NCBI RefSeq assembly: GCF_030384885.1
Contig: NZ_CP128613.1
Source of the DNA: Escherichia coli
Lineage (GTDB): Bacteria > Pseudomonadota > Gammaproteobacteria > Enterobacterales > Enterobacteriaceae
Length of the DNA: 64,000 nucleotides
Strand: one strand, 5' to 3'
The position numbers were made by a program, and so were the translations under genes. The notes under the pieces were generated by a model that saw nothing but the letters and a program-made list of their open reading frames with translations, was not told where the DNA came from and ran no database searches. This document shows positions 42,400 through 54,865 of this stretch, one piece after another (the first letter of the stretch is position 1; each line of letters starts with the position of its first letter).

Positions 42400-43542
42400 A
42401 TGACAAATAAACACCCATCATTGTTTTCTCCTTTTATGCTGACAGAAAAAATAAAGCTACGTAATCGTATCGTTATGGCCCCTATGACGACCTGGTCAGC
42501 GAATCCTGATGGAACCATCTCTGAGCAAGAACTCGAATTTTATAAACGCCGCTCACAAAATGTTGGTTTAGTAATAACAGGATGTACCTATGTCACGCCA
42601 AGCGGCATTGGGTTTACTCATGAATTTGCCGCATATGACGACCGTTTCATTAACAGCCTTGAAAAGTTAGCAGCGGCAGCCCAAAGTGGGGGTGCTCCGG
42701 CTATTTTGCAGATTTTCCACGCCGGTAATAAAGCCATCCCGGAGCTTGTACCAAATAACGATGTTATTAGTGCCAGCGCATCAAGCGTAAAATCTGGTGA
42801 CTTTATGAAGAGAGTGGTACAAAGCAGGGAAATGACTGAAAACGAAATTCAGGAAACCATTAGAGCATTCGGAGATGTCACAAAAAGGGCGATTAAAGCA
42901 GGTTTTGATGGCATTGAACTTCATGGTGCGCACGGATTCCTTCTACAGAATTTCTTCTCCCCTCTATTTAACCAGCGTAATGACCGATGGGGAGGAGATC
43001 TCGAAGGACGTATGCGCTTCCCGCTGGCCGTATTACAGGAAGTAAAAAATGTAGTCTATGAATATGCGACAAAGCCCTTTGCCATCGGTTACAGAATATC
43101 TCCTGAAGAATCTGCAACAGGGGGGCTGCGGATAGAGGATACTTATAAACTCCTTGATCGGCTCATTTCATCCGGTATTTCGTATATACATACCTCGCTG
43201 GTCAGTATTAACGATAGCTACCCTGTTGAGTCGCCAAATGGCCCCCGAACTATTGAATTGATTTTAAATCATATTGCAGGCAGAGTGCCGGTAATCGCTG
43301 CAGGTAAAATACGCACACCGTCTCAGGCTCAAGAAGCAATTTCCACTGGCCTGCCACTTGTTGCGATCGGTAAAGGGCTGGTGATAAATCCAGAATGGGT
43401 GACTTTAGCTGAATCAGGTAGAGGCCATGAAATTCAAACAACCCTTAATCCACAACTTGTTCCTGAATTAACCATTCCGGATAAACTATGGGATCAAATT
43501 CAGACATCGAAAGGAACTGGCTGGTTTCCGTTAATGGATTAA
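42400..43542 (+). CDS. NADH:flavin oxidoreductase (Old Yellow Enzyme family)
   Basis: 380-aa ORF with OYE-type TIM-barrel motifs (MAPMTT, QIFHAGNKA, GFDGIELHGAHGFLLQNFFSP). Confidence 0.85.
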   Translation: MTNKHPSLFSPFMLTEKIKLRNRIVMAPMTTWSANPDGTISEQELEFYKRRSQNVGLVITGCTYVTPSGIGFTHEFAAYDDRFINSLEKLAAAAQSGGAPAILQIFHAGNKAIPELVPNNDVISASASSVKSGDFMKRVVQSREMTENEIQETIRAFGDVTKRAIKAGFDGIELHGAHGFLLQNFFSPLFNQRNDRWGGDLEGRMRFPLAVLQEVKNVVYEYATKPFAIGYRISPEESATGGLRIEDTYKLLDRLISSGISYIHTSLVSINDSYPVESPNGPRTIELILNHIAGRVPVIAAGKIRTPSQAQEAISTGLPLVAIGKGLVINPEWVTLAESGRGHEIQTTLNPQLVPELTIPDKLWDQIQTSKGTGWFPLMD

Positions 43543-44014
43543 ATATCTATTACTCTCCCGAGAGTAAAACTATCAAACCAATGAGTAACCGATACAGCCT
43601 CGCAAATTCTTTCAGATAATTAACCCGTCACTGCGGCACGTTCTCTCATAAGGCGTGCCTGCTGTGTAATCCAGTATGTATCCGGCATACTTGACGGTTT
43701 AATAGAACTCAATTCCTTTCCCAGGTTACCAACAACGATATCTTGTATAACACCCCAGGAGATACGACATTATGATGAGATGAGGTATGCTCCTCAGCGC
43801 CAATCAACGCCAGGGCTGGGCCAGTTTTGAGATCAGACTCATTCCCGGACTGACTTCAGGCGACATATATCAATGACGTTGGGGCAATAAAAGATAGCCG
43901 ATGTAATACATCTATTCAAATTTGTGATACATGTCAAAAAATTGGTTGACCAAACTCGTTATTTATATAAGGGCACTTACGAAGTGCACTCTTTTTTAAA
44001 GCGAGGAAGTACCA

Positions 44015-44116
44015 ATGAAAGAGAATAAAGTACAGCAAATCAGTCATAAACTGATTAATATCGTTGTTTTTGTCGCAATTGTAGAATACGCCTATTTATT
44101 TCTCCATTTCTATTAA
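44015..44116 (+). CDS. ykgR: Small membrane protein YkgR
   Basis: 33-codon ORF MKENKVQQISHKLINIVVFVAIVEYAYLFLHFY, recognised as K-12 YkgR. It is too short for the ORF track. Confidence 0.75.
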   Translation: MKENKVQQISHKLINIVVFVAIVEYAYLFLHFY

Positions 44117-44451
44117 TAACGGCAATAAACTGTTCACTTCAGTGATATTTAAAATATGCATCCTCTCCCTTTTTTTTAAGTAATTATTATATTCGTGGGG
44201 GAGGAATACACGCTGTCAGGTAATCAATCAAACTGCGATAAATCATCGGCCAGTAAAGTGGAGATAGCCTCCATTCTCGAAAAATTCATACTCTCAGCGA
44301 AACCATCATCAATCACTCATCCAGGCGTTTATGGGAGCGTCGCCAATGGCTGCTAACAATGCCAGACTTCCCCGTTGCCGAAATTCCACATACCACAAAT
44401 GGTCACAGGAATTGGGTGTTGAAATGATTCGGATGAGCATGTATCTTTACG

Positions 44452-44469
44452 GTTATGTTATAACATAAC
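44452..44469. promoter_or_regulatory. Zur box (palindrome GTTATGTTATAACATAAC) in the ykgM promoter
   Basis: A perfect 18-bp palindrome about 12 nt upstream of the ykgM start. Zur repression of ykgM-ykgO is established. Confidence 0.8.
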
Positions 44470-44480
44470 AGGTAAAAATG

Positions 44481-44744
44481 ATGAAACCCAATATCCATCC
44501 TGAGTATCGTACTGTGGTGTTCCATGACACCAGTGTTGATGAGTACTTTAAAATCGGCTCGACTATCAAAACAGACCGTGAGATTGAGCTGGATGGCGTA
44601 ACGTATCCGTACGTGACAATTGATGTCTCTTCGAAATCGCACCCGTTCTATACAGGGAAGCTGAGAACAGTGGCATCAGAAGGAAATGTTGCACGGTTCA
44701 CCCAACGTTTTGGTCGTTTTGTTAGCACGAAAAAGGGGGCGTGA
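44481..44744 (+). CDS. ykgM: Zinc-independent ribosomal protein L31 paralog
   Basis: 87 aa from [10 protein letters not shown]. It lacks the CxxC zinc ribbon. Matches K-12 YkgM. Confidence 0.93.
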
Positions 44745-44884
44745 TGAAAGTCCTTAACTCTCTGCGTACCGCAAAAGAACGCCATCCAGACTGTCAGATT
44801 GTGAAGCGAAAAGGACGGCTGTATGTGATTTGTAAATCTAATCCACGTTTTAAGGCCGTTCAGGGACGTAAGAAAAAGCGTTGA
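44744..44884 (+). CDS. ykgO: Zinc-independent ribosomal protein L36 paralog
   Basis: 46-codon [49 protein letters not shown]. Its ATG overlaps the ykgM TGA. Confidence 0.9.
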   Translation: MKVLNSLRTAKERHPDCQIVKRKGRLYVICKSNPRFKAVQGRKKKR

Positions 44885-44934
44885 TTCATAATTCGCCGGA
44901 TTAACGATATTTGTCTGATTAATAATCAGACCGG

Positions 44935-44972
44935 ATTAATGTTGGTGTATTGATTACACCAACATTAATTTT
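44935..44972 (+). terminator. Candidate rho-independent terminator of ykgM-ykgO
   Basis: A perfect 15-bp stem (ATTAATGTTGGTGTA / TACACCAACATTAAT) followed by a T-run. It is preceded by a second 9-bp palindrome at 44913-44931. Confidence 0.55.
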
Positions 44973-45206
44973 CCTGGAAATATATTCTTTAAGTTCATTT
45001 AAAGCCAACTGCCTGACGTTTCTCTCTGAATATTCCATTATATTCATGTTGATTTATTGACCAACTTCTCCCCTGTATGCTGGTATCAACTCTCTTTTAG
45101 ACTGAACAAGCCACTCCGCCCCCTCCCTTTGCGGAGCAGCCTGCATTTACACTCAAACTGTTAAGATGATAAATGTGGTAAATCTGTTGGTACTAACATA
45201 AAACGT

Positions 45207-45437
45207 TTACGCCACAGGAACAGCCTGATCCACCGGTAACCCCATCGCCGACGTTCGAGTGCCAGTTAGAGTAACGCGCACAGATGACTGCACGCAGTGC
45301 CCTGTCAAAGAGGCCATCGTTCCTGTGACAGCTGGCAGCCTTCGTTTAACTTCACTTAATTTGGCTCTTGGGGGGCTTACCGAACAGATGACGTAGTCAC
45401 ACCTATTCAATTTTTCACCACTTATTGGAGTAAACAC
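45207..45437 (-). CDS. ykgL: Uncharacterised protein YkgL
   Basis: 76-codon ORF in the position and orientation of K-12 ykgL. No functional evidence for coding. Confidence 0.5.
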   Translation of the reverse strand: MFTPISGEKLNRCDYVICSVSPPRAKLSEVKRRLPAVTGTMASLTGHCVQSSVRVTLTGTRTSAMGLPVDQAVPVA

Positions 45438-45900
45438 CCATAACCATTTTGTGCGGCATGTTAATCCATTAAAACACCTTATTGATTGTCAAATCCTCTT
45501 TAATGATGGCCAATAATAGTTTTATGTTCTATTTATTATCATTAAAACTTGTTTTTTTACTAGTCGAGCACAAAACGCATTAAGACTATTCCTAACACCT
45601 CAGGGCAAAGTTCCTGGCTAATATAAAATGTAAGTAAGAATTGAACGTTATATTGCCAATAACCTTATGAAACTGAATGTCTTTTTCTTCTTATCAAAAA
45701 AGCAATATTTTCATTTTTAGTAAATATTGACTTAACCATGGAATTCCTTTTCTGTTCACATATTGACACTCATCAGGAAAAAAACATAAATTTAAGCCCA
45801 ATCGAAAATAATTAAAACTTAATCTCGTTTAACCTATATTGATATGTGCTACGTATCTTATTTACTTCCGATTTACTAACAACACTGAATGTACCTGTAA

Positions 45901-46512
<612 letters not shown>

Positions 46513-46586
46513 ACTCCAGGCAAGTTAGTTTTAAAAAATGACTCACAGGGACATCATGTCCTCAATTTAACTCGGGAAGAAAAGCA

Positions 46587-47174
46587 ATGAAAAAAAAGGT
46601 TCTGGCAATAGCTCTGGTAACGGTGTTTACCGGCATGGGTGTGGCGCAGGCTGCTGACGTAACAGCTCAGGCTGTAGCGACATGGTCGGCAACAGCCAAA
46701 AAAGACACCACCAGTAAACTGGTGGTGACGCCACTCGGTAGCCTGGCGTTCCAGTATGCCGAAGGCATTAAAGGCTTTAACTCACAGAAAGGTCTATTTG
46801 ACGTGGCTATTGAGGGTGACTCAACGGCTACCGCCTTTAAACTGACCTCACGTCTTATCACCAACACCTTAACCCAGTTGGATACCTCAGGTTCCACACT
46901 GAATGTGGGCGTGGATTATAACGGCGCGGCAGTCGAAAAAACTGGCGATACCGTGATGATCGATACCGCCAACGGCGTACTGGGCGGCAACCTTAGCCCG
47001 CTGGCTAACGGTTACAATGCCAGCAATCGTACCACCGCACAGGATGGTTTCACCTTCTCCATCATCAGCGGTACCACCAATGGTACCACCGCAGTAACCG
47101 ATTACAGCACTCTACCGGAAGGCATCTGGAGCGGCGACGTTAGCGTACAGTTCGACGCGACCTGGACCAGTTAA
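46587..47174 (+). CDS. ecpA: E. coli common pilus major subunit
   Basis: 195-aa ORF with a signal peptide. Matches EcpA/MatB. Confidence 0.93.
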   Translation: MKKKVLAIALVTVFTGMGVAQAADVTAQAVATWSATAKKDTTSKLVVTPLGSLAFQYAEGIKGFNSQKGLFDVAIEGDSTATAFKLTSRLITNTLTQLDTSGSTLNVGVDYNGAAVEKTGDTVMIDTANGVLGGNLSPLANGYNASNRTTAQDGFTFSIISGTTNGTTAVTDYSTLPEGIWSGDVSVQFDATWTS

Positions 47175-47231
47175 TCTCTCTGATGTACCAGCAGGGGTAG
47201 CCCCCCTGCTTTATTCCTGGACGGAATTGTT

Positions 47232-47900
47232 ATGAAAAAGCACCTTCTGCCTCTCGCTCTGCTGTTTGCCGGAATATCTCCGGCCCATGCGCTGGATGTC
47301 GGCGATATATCATCGTTTATGAACAGTGACAGCAGCACGCTGAGCAAAACAATCAAAAACAGTACCGACAGTGGTCGCCTCATCAATATCCGTCTCGAAC
47401 GGCTCTCTTCACCGCTTGACGACGGGCAGGTTATCGCAATGGACAAGCCGGATGAGTTGCTACTCACTCCCACCAGCTTGCTGCTACCCGCCCAAGCCAG
47501 CGAAGTGATCCGCTTCTTCTATAAGGGACCAGTAGATGAGAAAGAGCGCTATTACCGCATTGTCTGGTTCGATCAGGCCCTCAGTGATGCGCAGCGCGAT
47601 AATGCCAACCGCAGCGCTGTAGCCACTGCTTCCGCCCGCATCGGCACCATTCTGGTCGTCGCCCCCCGCCAGGCGAACTACCGCTTTCAGTACGCCAACG
47701 GCTCCCTGACAAATACAGGAAATGCGACGCTGCGGATCCTCGCCTACGGCCCCTGCCTGAAAGCCGCCAATGGTAAGGAGTGTAAAGAAAACTACTACCT
47801 GATGCCGGGCAAGTCGCGTCGTTTTACCCGCGTGGACACTGCGGATAACAAAGGACGGGTTGCACTTTGGCAGGGTGATAAGTTCATTCCCGTGAAATAG
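47232..47900 (+). CDS. ecpB: Ecp pilus chaperone
   Basis: 222-aa ORF with a signal peptide. Matches EcpB. Confidence 0.9.
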   Translation: MKKHLLPLALLFAGISPAHALDVGDISSFMNSDSSTLSKTIKNSTDSGRLINIRLERLSSPLDDGQVIAMDKPDELLLTPTSLLLPAQASEVIRFFYKGPVDEKERYYRIVWFDQALSDAQRDNANRSAVATASARIGTILVVAPRQANYRFQYANGSLTNTGNATLRILAYGPCLKAANGKECKENYYLMPGKSRRFTRVDTADNKGRVALWQGDKFIPVK

Positions 47901-47925
47901 ATAGCTGTGCAGATGGATAACGACA

Positions 47926-50451
47926 ATGCCTTTACGACGGTTCTCCCCAGGACTGAAAGCCCAGTTTGCCTTCGGCATGGTCTTTTTGTTCGTTCAGCCC
48001 GATGCCAGCGCTGCTGACATAAGCGCGCAGCAAATAGGTGGGGTGATTATTCCGCAGGCCTTCAGTCAGGCGCTTCAGGACGGCATGAGCGTCCCGCTCT
48101 ATATTCATCTTGCCGGTAGCCAGGGTCGCCAGGACGATCAGCGAATCGGCAGCGCTTTTATCTGGTTGGATGATGGACAGTTACGCATCCGGAAAATACA
48201 GCTGGAAGAGAGTGAAGATAACGCCAGTGTCAGCGAACAAACTCGACAGCAGCTGATGGCTCTGGCGAACACCCCGTTCAATGGGGCCCTTACCATCCCC
48301 CTGACTGACAACGCGCAGTTGGATCTCAGCTTGCGCCAACTGCTGCTGCAGCTGGTAGTCAAGCGCGAAGCACTGGGCACCGTACTACGCTCACGTAGCG
48401 AAGACATCGGGCAATCCAGTGTTAACACCCTCAGCAGTAACCTGAGCTATAACTTCGGCATCTATAACAACCAGTTGCGTAACGGCGGGAACAATACATC
48501 CAGCTATCTGTCGCTAAATAACGTGACAGCACTGCGCGAACATCATGTGGTGCTCGACGGCTCGCTGTATGGGATCGGTAGCGGTCAACAGGACAGTGAA
48601 TTATATAAAGCGATGTATGAACGCGATTTTGCTGGTCACCGATTTGCCGGTGGAATGCTCGACACCTGGAACTTGCAGTCCTTAGGGCCGATGACCGCCA
48701 TTTCAGCAGGGAAGATTTACGGCCTTTCCTGGGGAAACCAGGCCAGCTCCACCATCTTCGACAGCAGCCAGTCGGCCACGCCAGTGATCGCCTTTTTACC
48801 TGCAGCGGGCGAAGTACATCTCACCCGTGATGGGCGGTTACTGAGTGTTCAGAACTTCACCATGGGCAATCATGAAGTGGATACCCGAGGTCTACCGTAC
48901 GGTATTTACGATGTGGAAGTTGAGGTGATCGTTAACGGTCGCGTGATCAGCAAACGCACTCAACGGGTCAATAAGCTGTTTAGCCGGGGGCGCGGTGTCG
49001 GTGCGCCGCTGGCGTGGCAGATATGGGGCGGTAGCTTTCATATGGATCGCTGGTCGGAAAACGGGAAAAAGACGCGACCAGCTAAAGAGAGCTGGCTAGC
49101 AGGTGCCTCGAGCTCCGGCTCACTGAGTACGCTTAGCTGGGCGGCAACGGGATATGGATACGATAATCAGGCGGTGGGTGAAACCCGTCTGACGCTGCCG
49201 CTTGGGGGAGCGATCAACGTTAACCTGCAAAATATGCTGGCCAGTGACAGCTCATGGAGCAGCATCGGCAGCATCAGCGCCACTCTACCGGGAGGCTTTA
49301 GTTCGCTATGGGTTAATCAGGAAAAAACCCGCATTGGCAATCAATTGCGACGTAGCGATGCCGACAACCGTGCAATCGGCGGCACACTCAACCTGAACTC
49401 ACTGTGGTCGAAGCTGGGCACATTCAGCATCAGCTACAATGATGACCGCCGTTACAACAGCCATTATTACACGGCAGATTACTATCAAAATGTCTACAGC
49501 GGTACCTTTGGTTCGCTTGGCCTGCGAGCCGGTATTCAGCGCTATAACAACGGCGACAGCAGCGCCAATACAGGGAAATATATCGCTCTCGATCTCTCGC
49601 TACCTCTGGGCAACTGGTTTAGCGCAGGGATGACCCATCAAAACGGCTACACCATGGCAAACCTGTCAGCACGCAAACAGTTTGATGAAGGGACCATTCG
49701 CACTGTTGGTGCCAATCTGTCACGAGCCATCTCCGGCGATACCGGTGATGACAAAACCCTCAGCGGTGGGGCGTATGCACAGTTCGACGCTCGTTACGCC
49801 AGCGGAACGCTGAACGTCAATAGCGCGGCGGACGGCTACGTCAATACCAACTTAACTGCCAATGGCAGCGTTGGCTGGCAGGGTAAAAACATTGCTGCCA
49901 GCGGGCGGACTGATGGCAACGCCGGGGTGATATTCAATACCGGGCTGGAGGACGACGGTCAGCTCAGCGCCAAAATCAACGGACGGATTTTCCCGCTTAA
50001 CGGCAAGCGCAACTACCTCCCGCTCTCTCCGTATGGGAGATATGAGGTGGAGTTGCAGAACAGCAAAAACTCAATCGACAGCTACGATATCGTCAGCGGC
50101 CGCAAAAGCCATCTGACCCTCTATCCAGGCAATGTCGCCGTCATTGAGCCAGAGGTGAAGCAGATGGTTACCGTCTCCGGTCGTATCCGTGCAGAAGACG
50201 GCACACTGCTGGCTAACGCACGGATTAACAACCATATCGGCCGAACCCGAACCGATGAAAACGGCGAGTTTGTCATGGACGTGGATAAGAAATACCCCAC
50301 TATCGATTTTCGCTACAGTGGCAATAAAACCTGCGAAGTGGCACTGGAACTCGACCAGGCGCGCGGTGCCGTCTGGGTCGGTGATGTGGTCTGCAGCGGC
50401 CTCTCATCGTGGGCGGCGGTGACGCAGACAGGAGAAGAGAATGAGAGTTAA
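47926..50451 (+). CDS. ecpC: Ecp pilus outer-membrane usher
   Basis: 841-aa ORF matching EcpC. Confidence 0.92.
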   Translation: MPLRRFSPGLKAQFAFGMVFLFVQPDASAADISAQQIGGVIIPQAFSQALQDGMSVPLYIHLAGSQGRQDDQRIGSAFIWLDDGQLRIRKIQLEESEDNASVSEQTRQQLMALANTPFNGALTIPLTDNAQLDLSLRQLLLQLVVKREALGTVLRSRSEDIGQSSVNTLSSNLSYNFGIYNNQLRNGGNNTSSYLSLNNVTALREHHVVLDGSLYGIGSGQQDSELYKAMYERDFAGHRFAGGMLDTWNLQSLGPMTAISAGKIYGLSWGNQASSTIFDSSQSATPVIAFLPAAGEVHLTRDGRLLSVQNFTMGNHEVDTRGLPYGIYDVEVEVIVNGRVISKRTQRVNKLFSRGRGVGAPLAWQIWGGSFHMDRWSENGKKTRPAKESWLAGASSSGSLSTLSWAATGYGYDNQAVGETRLTLPLGGAINVNLQNMLASDSSWSSIGSISATLPGGFSSLWVNQEKTRIGNQLRRSDADNRAIGGTLNLNSLWSKLGTFSISYNDDRRYNSHYYTADYYQNVYSGTFGSLGLRAGIQRYNNGDSSANTGKYIALDLSLPLGNWFSAGMTHQNGYTMANLSARKQFDEGTIRTVGANLSRAISGDTGDDKTLSGGAYAQFDARYASGTLNVNSAADGYVNTNLTANGSVGWQGKNIAASGRTDGNAGVIFNTGLEDDGQLSAKINGRIFPLNGKRNYLPLSPYGRYEVELQNSKNSIDSYDIVSGRKSHLTLYPGNVAVIEPEVKQMVTVSGRIRAEDGTLLANARINNHIGRTRTDENGEFVMDVDKKYPTIDFRYSGNKTCEVALELDQARGAVWVGDVVCSGLSSWAAVTQTGEENES

Positions 50452-52084
50452 CCTACTGATAGCGATGATAATCTTTGCGCTATTCTGGCCAGCAACCGCG
50501 CTCAGAGCTGCAGTGAGCAAAACAACCTGGGCGGATGCACCGGCACGCGAGTTTGTGTTTGTCGAAAACAACTCAGACGACAACTTTTTCGTCACTCCTG
50601 GCGGGGCGCTGGATCCGCGCCTGACCGGTGCCAACCGCTGGACCGGTTTAAAATACACTGGCTCAGGAACCATCTATCAACAAAGCCTCGGCTACATTGA
50701 TAACGGTTACAACACCGGCCTTTATACCAACTGGAAGTTTGATATGTGGCTGGAAAATTCGCCGGTTTCATCTCCTTTAACTGGCTTGCGCTGCATCAAC
50801 TGGTACACAGGGTGTAATATGACCACCAGTCTTATCCTGCCGCAAACCACCGACGCCAGTGGATTTTATGGCGCGACGGTGACCAGCGGCGGCTCGAAGT
50901 GGATGCACGGCATGTTGTCAGACGCGTTTTACCAGTATCTGCAACAAATGCCCGTTGGCAGCAGCTTTACGATGACCATCAATGCCTGCCAAACCTCAGT
51001 GAACTATGACGCCAGCAGCGGCGCGCGCTGTAAGGATCAGGCCTCCGGCAACTGGTATGTTCGCAACGTCACCCATACGAAAGCAGCAAATTTGCGGTTG
51101 ATAAATACCCATTCGCTGGCGGAGGTATTTATCAACAGCGACGGAGTACCGACTCTGGGCGAAGGGAACGCCGACTGCCGGACGCAAACCATCGGCAGCC
51201 GTTCAGGATTAAGTTGTAAGATGGTTAACTATACCCTGCAAACAAACGGGCTCAGCAACACCTCAATCCATATATTCCCGGCGATCGCCAACTCGTCGTT
51301 AGCCTCGGCCGTCGGGGCGTACGATATGCAGTTCAGTCTGAATGGCAGTTCATGGAAACCGGTGAGCAATACCGCCTATTACTACACCTTCAACGAGATG
51401 AAGAGCGCAGACTCGATCTATGTTTTCTTCTCGAGCAACTTCTTTAAGCAGATGGTGAACCTGGGGATCAGCGATATCAACACCAAAGATCTATTCAACT
51501 TTCGCTTTCAGAACACCACATCACCGGAGTCTGGCTGGTATGAATTTTCTACCTCCAACACGCTGATTATCAAACCCCGTGATTTCAGCATCAGTATTAT
51601 CTCCGATGAATATACTCAGACACCGTCGCGAGAGGGATATGTCGGCAGCGGCGAACCGGCACTCGATTTCGGCTATATCGTAACCACCAGCGGTAAAACA
51701 GCTGCCGACGAAGTGCTGATCAAGGTGACCGGACCCGCGCAGGTGATTGGCGGGCGCTCCTATTGTGTCTTCAGCTCCGATGACGGTAAGGCGAAAGTAC
51801 CGTTCCCGGCGACGCTTTCCTTTATTACCCGCAACGGAGCTACAAAAACCTACGATGCCGGGTGCGATGATAGCTGGCGGGATATGACCGATGCGCTGTG
51901 GCTAACCACACCGTGGACTGATATCTCTGGCGAAGTGGGGCAGATGGATAAGACCACAGTCAAATTTTCGATTCCAATGGATAACGCCATTTCGCTGCGT
52001 ACGGTAGATGATAACGGCTGGTTTGGCGAAGTCAGCGCTTCAGGAGAGATTCATGTTCAGGCGACGTGGCGTAACATTAACTAA
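50441..52084 (+). CDS. ecpD: Ecp pilus tip adhesin / polymerised minor subunit
   Basis: 547-aa ORF matching EcpD. It overlaps ecpC by 11 nt. Confidence 0.92.
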   Translation: MRVNLLIAMIIFALFWPATALRAAVSKTTWADAPAREFVFVENNSDDNFFVTPGGALDPRLTGANRWTGLKYTGSGTIYQQSLGYIDNGYNTGLYTNWKFDMWLENSPVSSPLTGLRCINWYTGCNMTTSLILPQTTDASGFYGATVTSGGSKWMHGMLSDAFYQYLQQMPVGSSFTMTINACQTSVNYDASSGARCKDQASGNWYVRNVTHTKAANLRLINTHSLAEVFINSDGVPTLGEGNADCRTQTIGSRSGLSCKMVNYTLQTNGLSNTSIHIFPAIANSSLASAVGAYDMQFSLNGSSWKPVSNTAYYYTFNEMKSADSIYVFFSSNFFKQMVNLGISDINTKDLFNFRFQNTTSPESGWYEFSTSNTLIIKPRDFSISIISDEYTQTPSREGYVGSGEPALDFGYIVTTSGKTAADEVLIKVTGPAQVIGGRSYCVFSSDDGKAKVPFPATLSFITRNGATKTYDAGCDDSWRDMTDALWLTTPWTDISGEVGQMDKTTVKFSIPMDNAISLRTVDDNGWFGEVSASGEIHVQATWRNIN

Positions 52085-52763
52085 GACCCTGCTGACAGTG
52101 GTCTGTATGCTGGCGACACCTTTGACACAGGCGATTTCGGTCGGCAATCTGACTTTTTCACTGCCGTCCGAGACTGACTTTGTCAGCAAACGTGTAGTGA
52201 ATAACAACAAAAGCGCGCGGATATACCGTATTGCCATCAGTGCCATCGATAGTCCAGGCAGCAGTGAATTGCGCACTCGACCGGTGGATGGTGAACTGCT
52301 TTTCGCTCCCCGCCAGCTGGCGTTGCAGGCTGGTGAGAGTGAGTATTTTAAATTTTACTATCATGGTCCACAGGATAACCGCGAGCGCTACTACCGGGTC
52401 TCATTTCGCGAGGTCCCCACTCGCAACCAGACAAGACGCAGCCCAACCGGCGGCGAGGTCAGCACGGAGCCGGTGGTGGTGATGGATACCATTCTGGTAG
52501 TACGACCTCGTCAGGTTCAGTTTAAATGGTCCTTCGACCAGGTGACAGGAACGGTAAGTAACACCGGCAACACGTGGTTTAAGCTACTGATTAAACCAGG
52601 ATGTGATTCGACCGAAGAGGAAGGCGACGCCTGGTATCTACGTCCGGGAGACGTAGTTCATCAGCCTGAGTTACGTCAGCCGGGGAATCATTATCTGGTC
52701 TATAACGACAAATTCATTAAGATTAGCGATTCCTGTCCTGCTAAGCCCCCTTCGGCGGACTAA
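52053..52763 (+). CDS. ecpE: Ecp pilus chaperone (second)
   Basis: 236 aa from [11 protein letters not shown]. Matches EcpE. It overlaps the ecpD 3' end. Confidence 0.88.
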   Translation: MFRRRGVTLTKTLLTVVCMLATPLTQAISVGNLTFSLPSETDFVSKRVVNNNKSARIYRIAISAIDSPGSSELRTRPVDGELLFAPRQLALQAGESEYFKFYYHGPQDNRERYYRVSFREVPTRNQTRRSPTGGEVSTEPVVVMDTILVVRPRQVQFKWSFDQVTGTVSNTGNTWFKLLIKPGCDSTEEEGDAWYLRPGDVVHQPELRQPGNHYLVYNDKFIKISDSCPAKPPSAD

Positions 52764-52844
52764 GACTTATCCATCGGACGAGGGAAGAATTCCACCTCAG
52801 AGACTCAAATAATCGTTTAAATGATGTGGAAGCGATCGTCAATG

Positions 52845-53045
52845 TCACCTGTAATGATGGGCTTTCTCATATGTACACCATAGTGTTCAGGAGACACGGA
52901 AAAGTGCCAGGCAGCCTGCTAACGAGTGGTTTCTTCACGAATTAGTACGTAAAATCGGTAACGGCTGGAAATCATTCAATACTCACACTATCGAAAGTTC
53001 CCCAGCCAACCGCGGTACGTTCTTACATACGATGTACCGCTGTTC
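52845..53045. repeat. Non-coding segment A, paralogous to 57005-57215
   Basis: By-eye alignment. A 14-nt identical block (GAAATCATTCAATA) is followed by a core where about four fifths of roughly 65 positions match. Weaker similarity extends about 120 nt upstream. Confidence 0.6.
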
Positions 53046-53076
53046 TCTTTACGATTTATAGCTGTACTGGTGAATT

Positions 53077-53406
53077 ATGAGCAATCTGAATCCATGCATG
53101 ACGTGTGGTGCCTGTTGTGCATTTTTCCGCGTCTCTTTTTACTGGGCCGAAGCCGACGATGCTGGCGGTACCATTCCCGCCAGGCTCACTGAACAAATAT
53201 CCCCTTTTCACCGATGCATGAGCGGTACCAATCAGAAAAACCCCCGATGTATTGCCCTTGCAGGAACACCGGGCAAAAATGCCTGCTGCACGATATATAA
53301 AAATCGATCGTCCACGTGCAGAGAATTCGCCATGTCTGGTGAGAACGGAGAAGTCAATGAGGCTTGCAATCGTGCAAGAGCTAAATACGGGCTGACACCG
53401 TTATAA
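53077..53406 (+). CDS. ykgJ: YkgJ-family Cys-cluster (zinc/iron-chelating) protein
   Basis: 109-aa ORF with the [11 protein letters not shown] motif. Matches K-12 YkgJ. Confidence 0.9.
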   Translation: MSNLNPCMTCGACCAFFRVSFYWAEADDAGGTIPARLTEQISPFHRCMSGTNQKNPRCIALAGTPGKNACCTIYKNRSSTCREFAMSGENGEVNEACNRARAKYGLTPL

Positions 53407-53429
53407 ATATGCAATAATTAATTGCACTG

Positions 53430-53462
53430 CCCCGCCAGCTATAATCGCGGGGCTTCGTTTTT
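53430..53462 (+). terminator. Rho-independent terminator of ykgJ
   Basis: CCCCGC-N11-GCGGGG stem followed by a T-rich tract, 24 nt after the ykgJ stop. Confidence 0.6.
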
Positions 53463-53611
53463 CAGGGATAACAAAACCCGAAACTTCTTCCATCTGCCAG
53501 CAACAATGCCTCTTCCTCTATAGTGTTCTCCGGATCTACAGCATCCTGAAGTAGCGCGATGTACTCACTGGCTATCTGCATCAGAAAGTTAAAAACAATG
53601 TTTTTAACCTA

Positions 53612-53640
53612 TAAAAATGGCGCTGTATTTGCGCCATTTT
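53612..53640 (-). terminator. Bidirectional terminator downstream of yagU
   Basis: AAAAATGGCGC-N7-GCGCCATTTTT: a stem flanked by A and T runs, 15 nt after the yagU stop. Confidence 0.7.
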
Positions 53641-53654
53641 TATCATTCAATGCA

Positions 53655-54269
53655 TTATCTGTTTGAGCCTAAAGGGATCTCAGGGTCTGGCTCATGAGTA
53701 ATTCTGTTTCGTAAATCTCTGCGAATAATTTCAATGGACCAGAACCAGACTAAATGTCCAAAAATTTCAGAAACATTCTCATACCACGGGAGATCAAACA
53801 GAGGTGGCGTCAGTCCCATGAGAGGGAATGAAATCATATGAACAAAAAGTTGGGCTAAAGCACCTGCCAGTAAGCCCTGCCAGAGTTTAATTTTTGGAAA
53901 TACTTCAGCGACCACACAATAACCGACAGCAAACACTATCGAAAAGATAATGTGCGTAACACCAACCCAGTTAAAGACATGCCCGGCAAAGGTATAAACA
54001 GCCGCATTGGGATCTGTCAGCCCCAGCCAGTCTCGAAGAAAAATATACGGAGGATTGAGAAAATTACGGGAGCAATCAATTTGCCCAGCAGCCCTGATTA
54101 ATGATTCCGGGCCACACGCTGCATTAAACATATCCACCGGGCTACGTGGCGGCAATGGAACTTCAGCCCCCCACTTCACAAATGCGGAAACAACGCCAGC
54201 AATTAGCCCAATGAATGCAGCAAGACCATAACGTCTGCGGTTCGGTGGAGTTTGTTCAAATATATTCAT
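53655..54269 (-). CDS. yagU: Inner-membrane protein YagU (DUF1440)
   Basis: 204-aa ORF matching K-12 YagU. Confidence 0.92.
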
Positions 54270-54475
54270 ATTTACCCTGTTTGTTTCATTATGTTGTACA
54301 CCTCTTCAGGAGTATTCATAAAACAAGATAAATGTAAAGAACTGTATTGTTTTGTATAATGCAATGGTGACTAATCGCCAATTAATATAAGCACCATCAT
54401 TTCTCCATATTTTTATGTTAGAAGTGACAAGGAGAAATGTAATGTTTCTCTCAGAGAATATAAATCATTCCTTTT

Positions 54476-54500
54476 GCCCACCTTAATGGTGGGCTTTTTT
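54476..54500 (+). terminator. Rho-independent terminator (GCCCACC-TTAAT-GGTGGGC-TTTTTT)
   Basis: Canonical GC stem plus T6, seen directly. It terminates a short plus-strand transcript that would include a 14-codon ORF with a strong SD. Confidence 0.65.
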
Positions 54501-54724
54501 ATGCAAAACCTGAACACCCTGTGGTATTCCCCTGGCATTATCACTTTCGCGATTAACCAACAGCCAGACCAGCAAACACGCCACTACAGGCACAGCAAAA
54601 TCCATCAGGCTTGCCACACCCCATGCGTGCGGCTCAAAGCCGCCCCGCCATGGCATATTAATCCGCTTACCATTTTCGAACAGCTGATTGGTTTAGTCCG
54701 GTGTTTCCCTGCTTGCACTTAAAA

Positions 54725-54820
54725 ATGAGCGGATGGGAAACTCTCGAAATGGTTCGTCGATATGCTCACCTTTCAGTCAGGCATTTCACCGCGCACGCGA
54801 GCAAAATCAAAGGCACATGA
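54725..54820 (+). pseudogene. Tyrosine-recombinase (phage integrase) C-terminal remnant
   Basis: Translates to [30 protein letters not shown], the conserved extreme C-terminus of phage integrases including the catalytic Tyr (RYAHL). Upstream sequence in the same frame has no integrase character. It is transcribed toward the tRNA fragment 46 nt away. Confidence 0.7.
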
Positions 54821-54865
54821 GGAGAATGTGGTTGACTTAAAAACGAGGAAACTTATTGATTTAAA

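Noticed and set aside
43543-44014. A 470-nt gap after the OYE gene; looked for IS ends or gene fragments.
   Set aside because: No terminal inverted repeats, transposase-like frames or recognisable protein fragments could be read in any frame. Left unannotated.
54483-54722. 82-aa plus-strand ORF (54474-54722) and a 57-codon minus-strand ORF (54483-54656) with one hydrophobic helix; considered as a small toxin or membrane peptide.
   Set aside because: There is no convincing SD for either and no resemblance to Hok/Ldr/Ibs-type toxins or any family I know. The two overlap each other in a region likely to be island debris. Not supportable without expression data.
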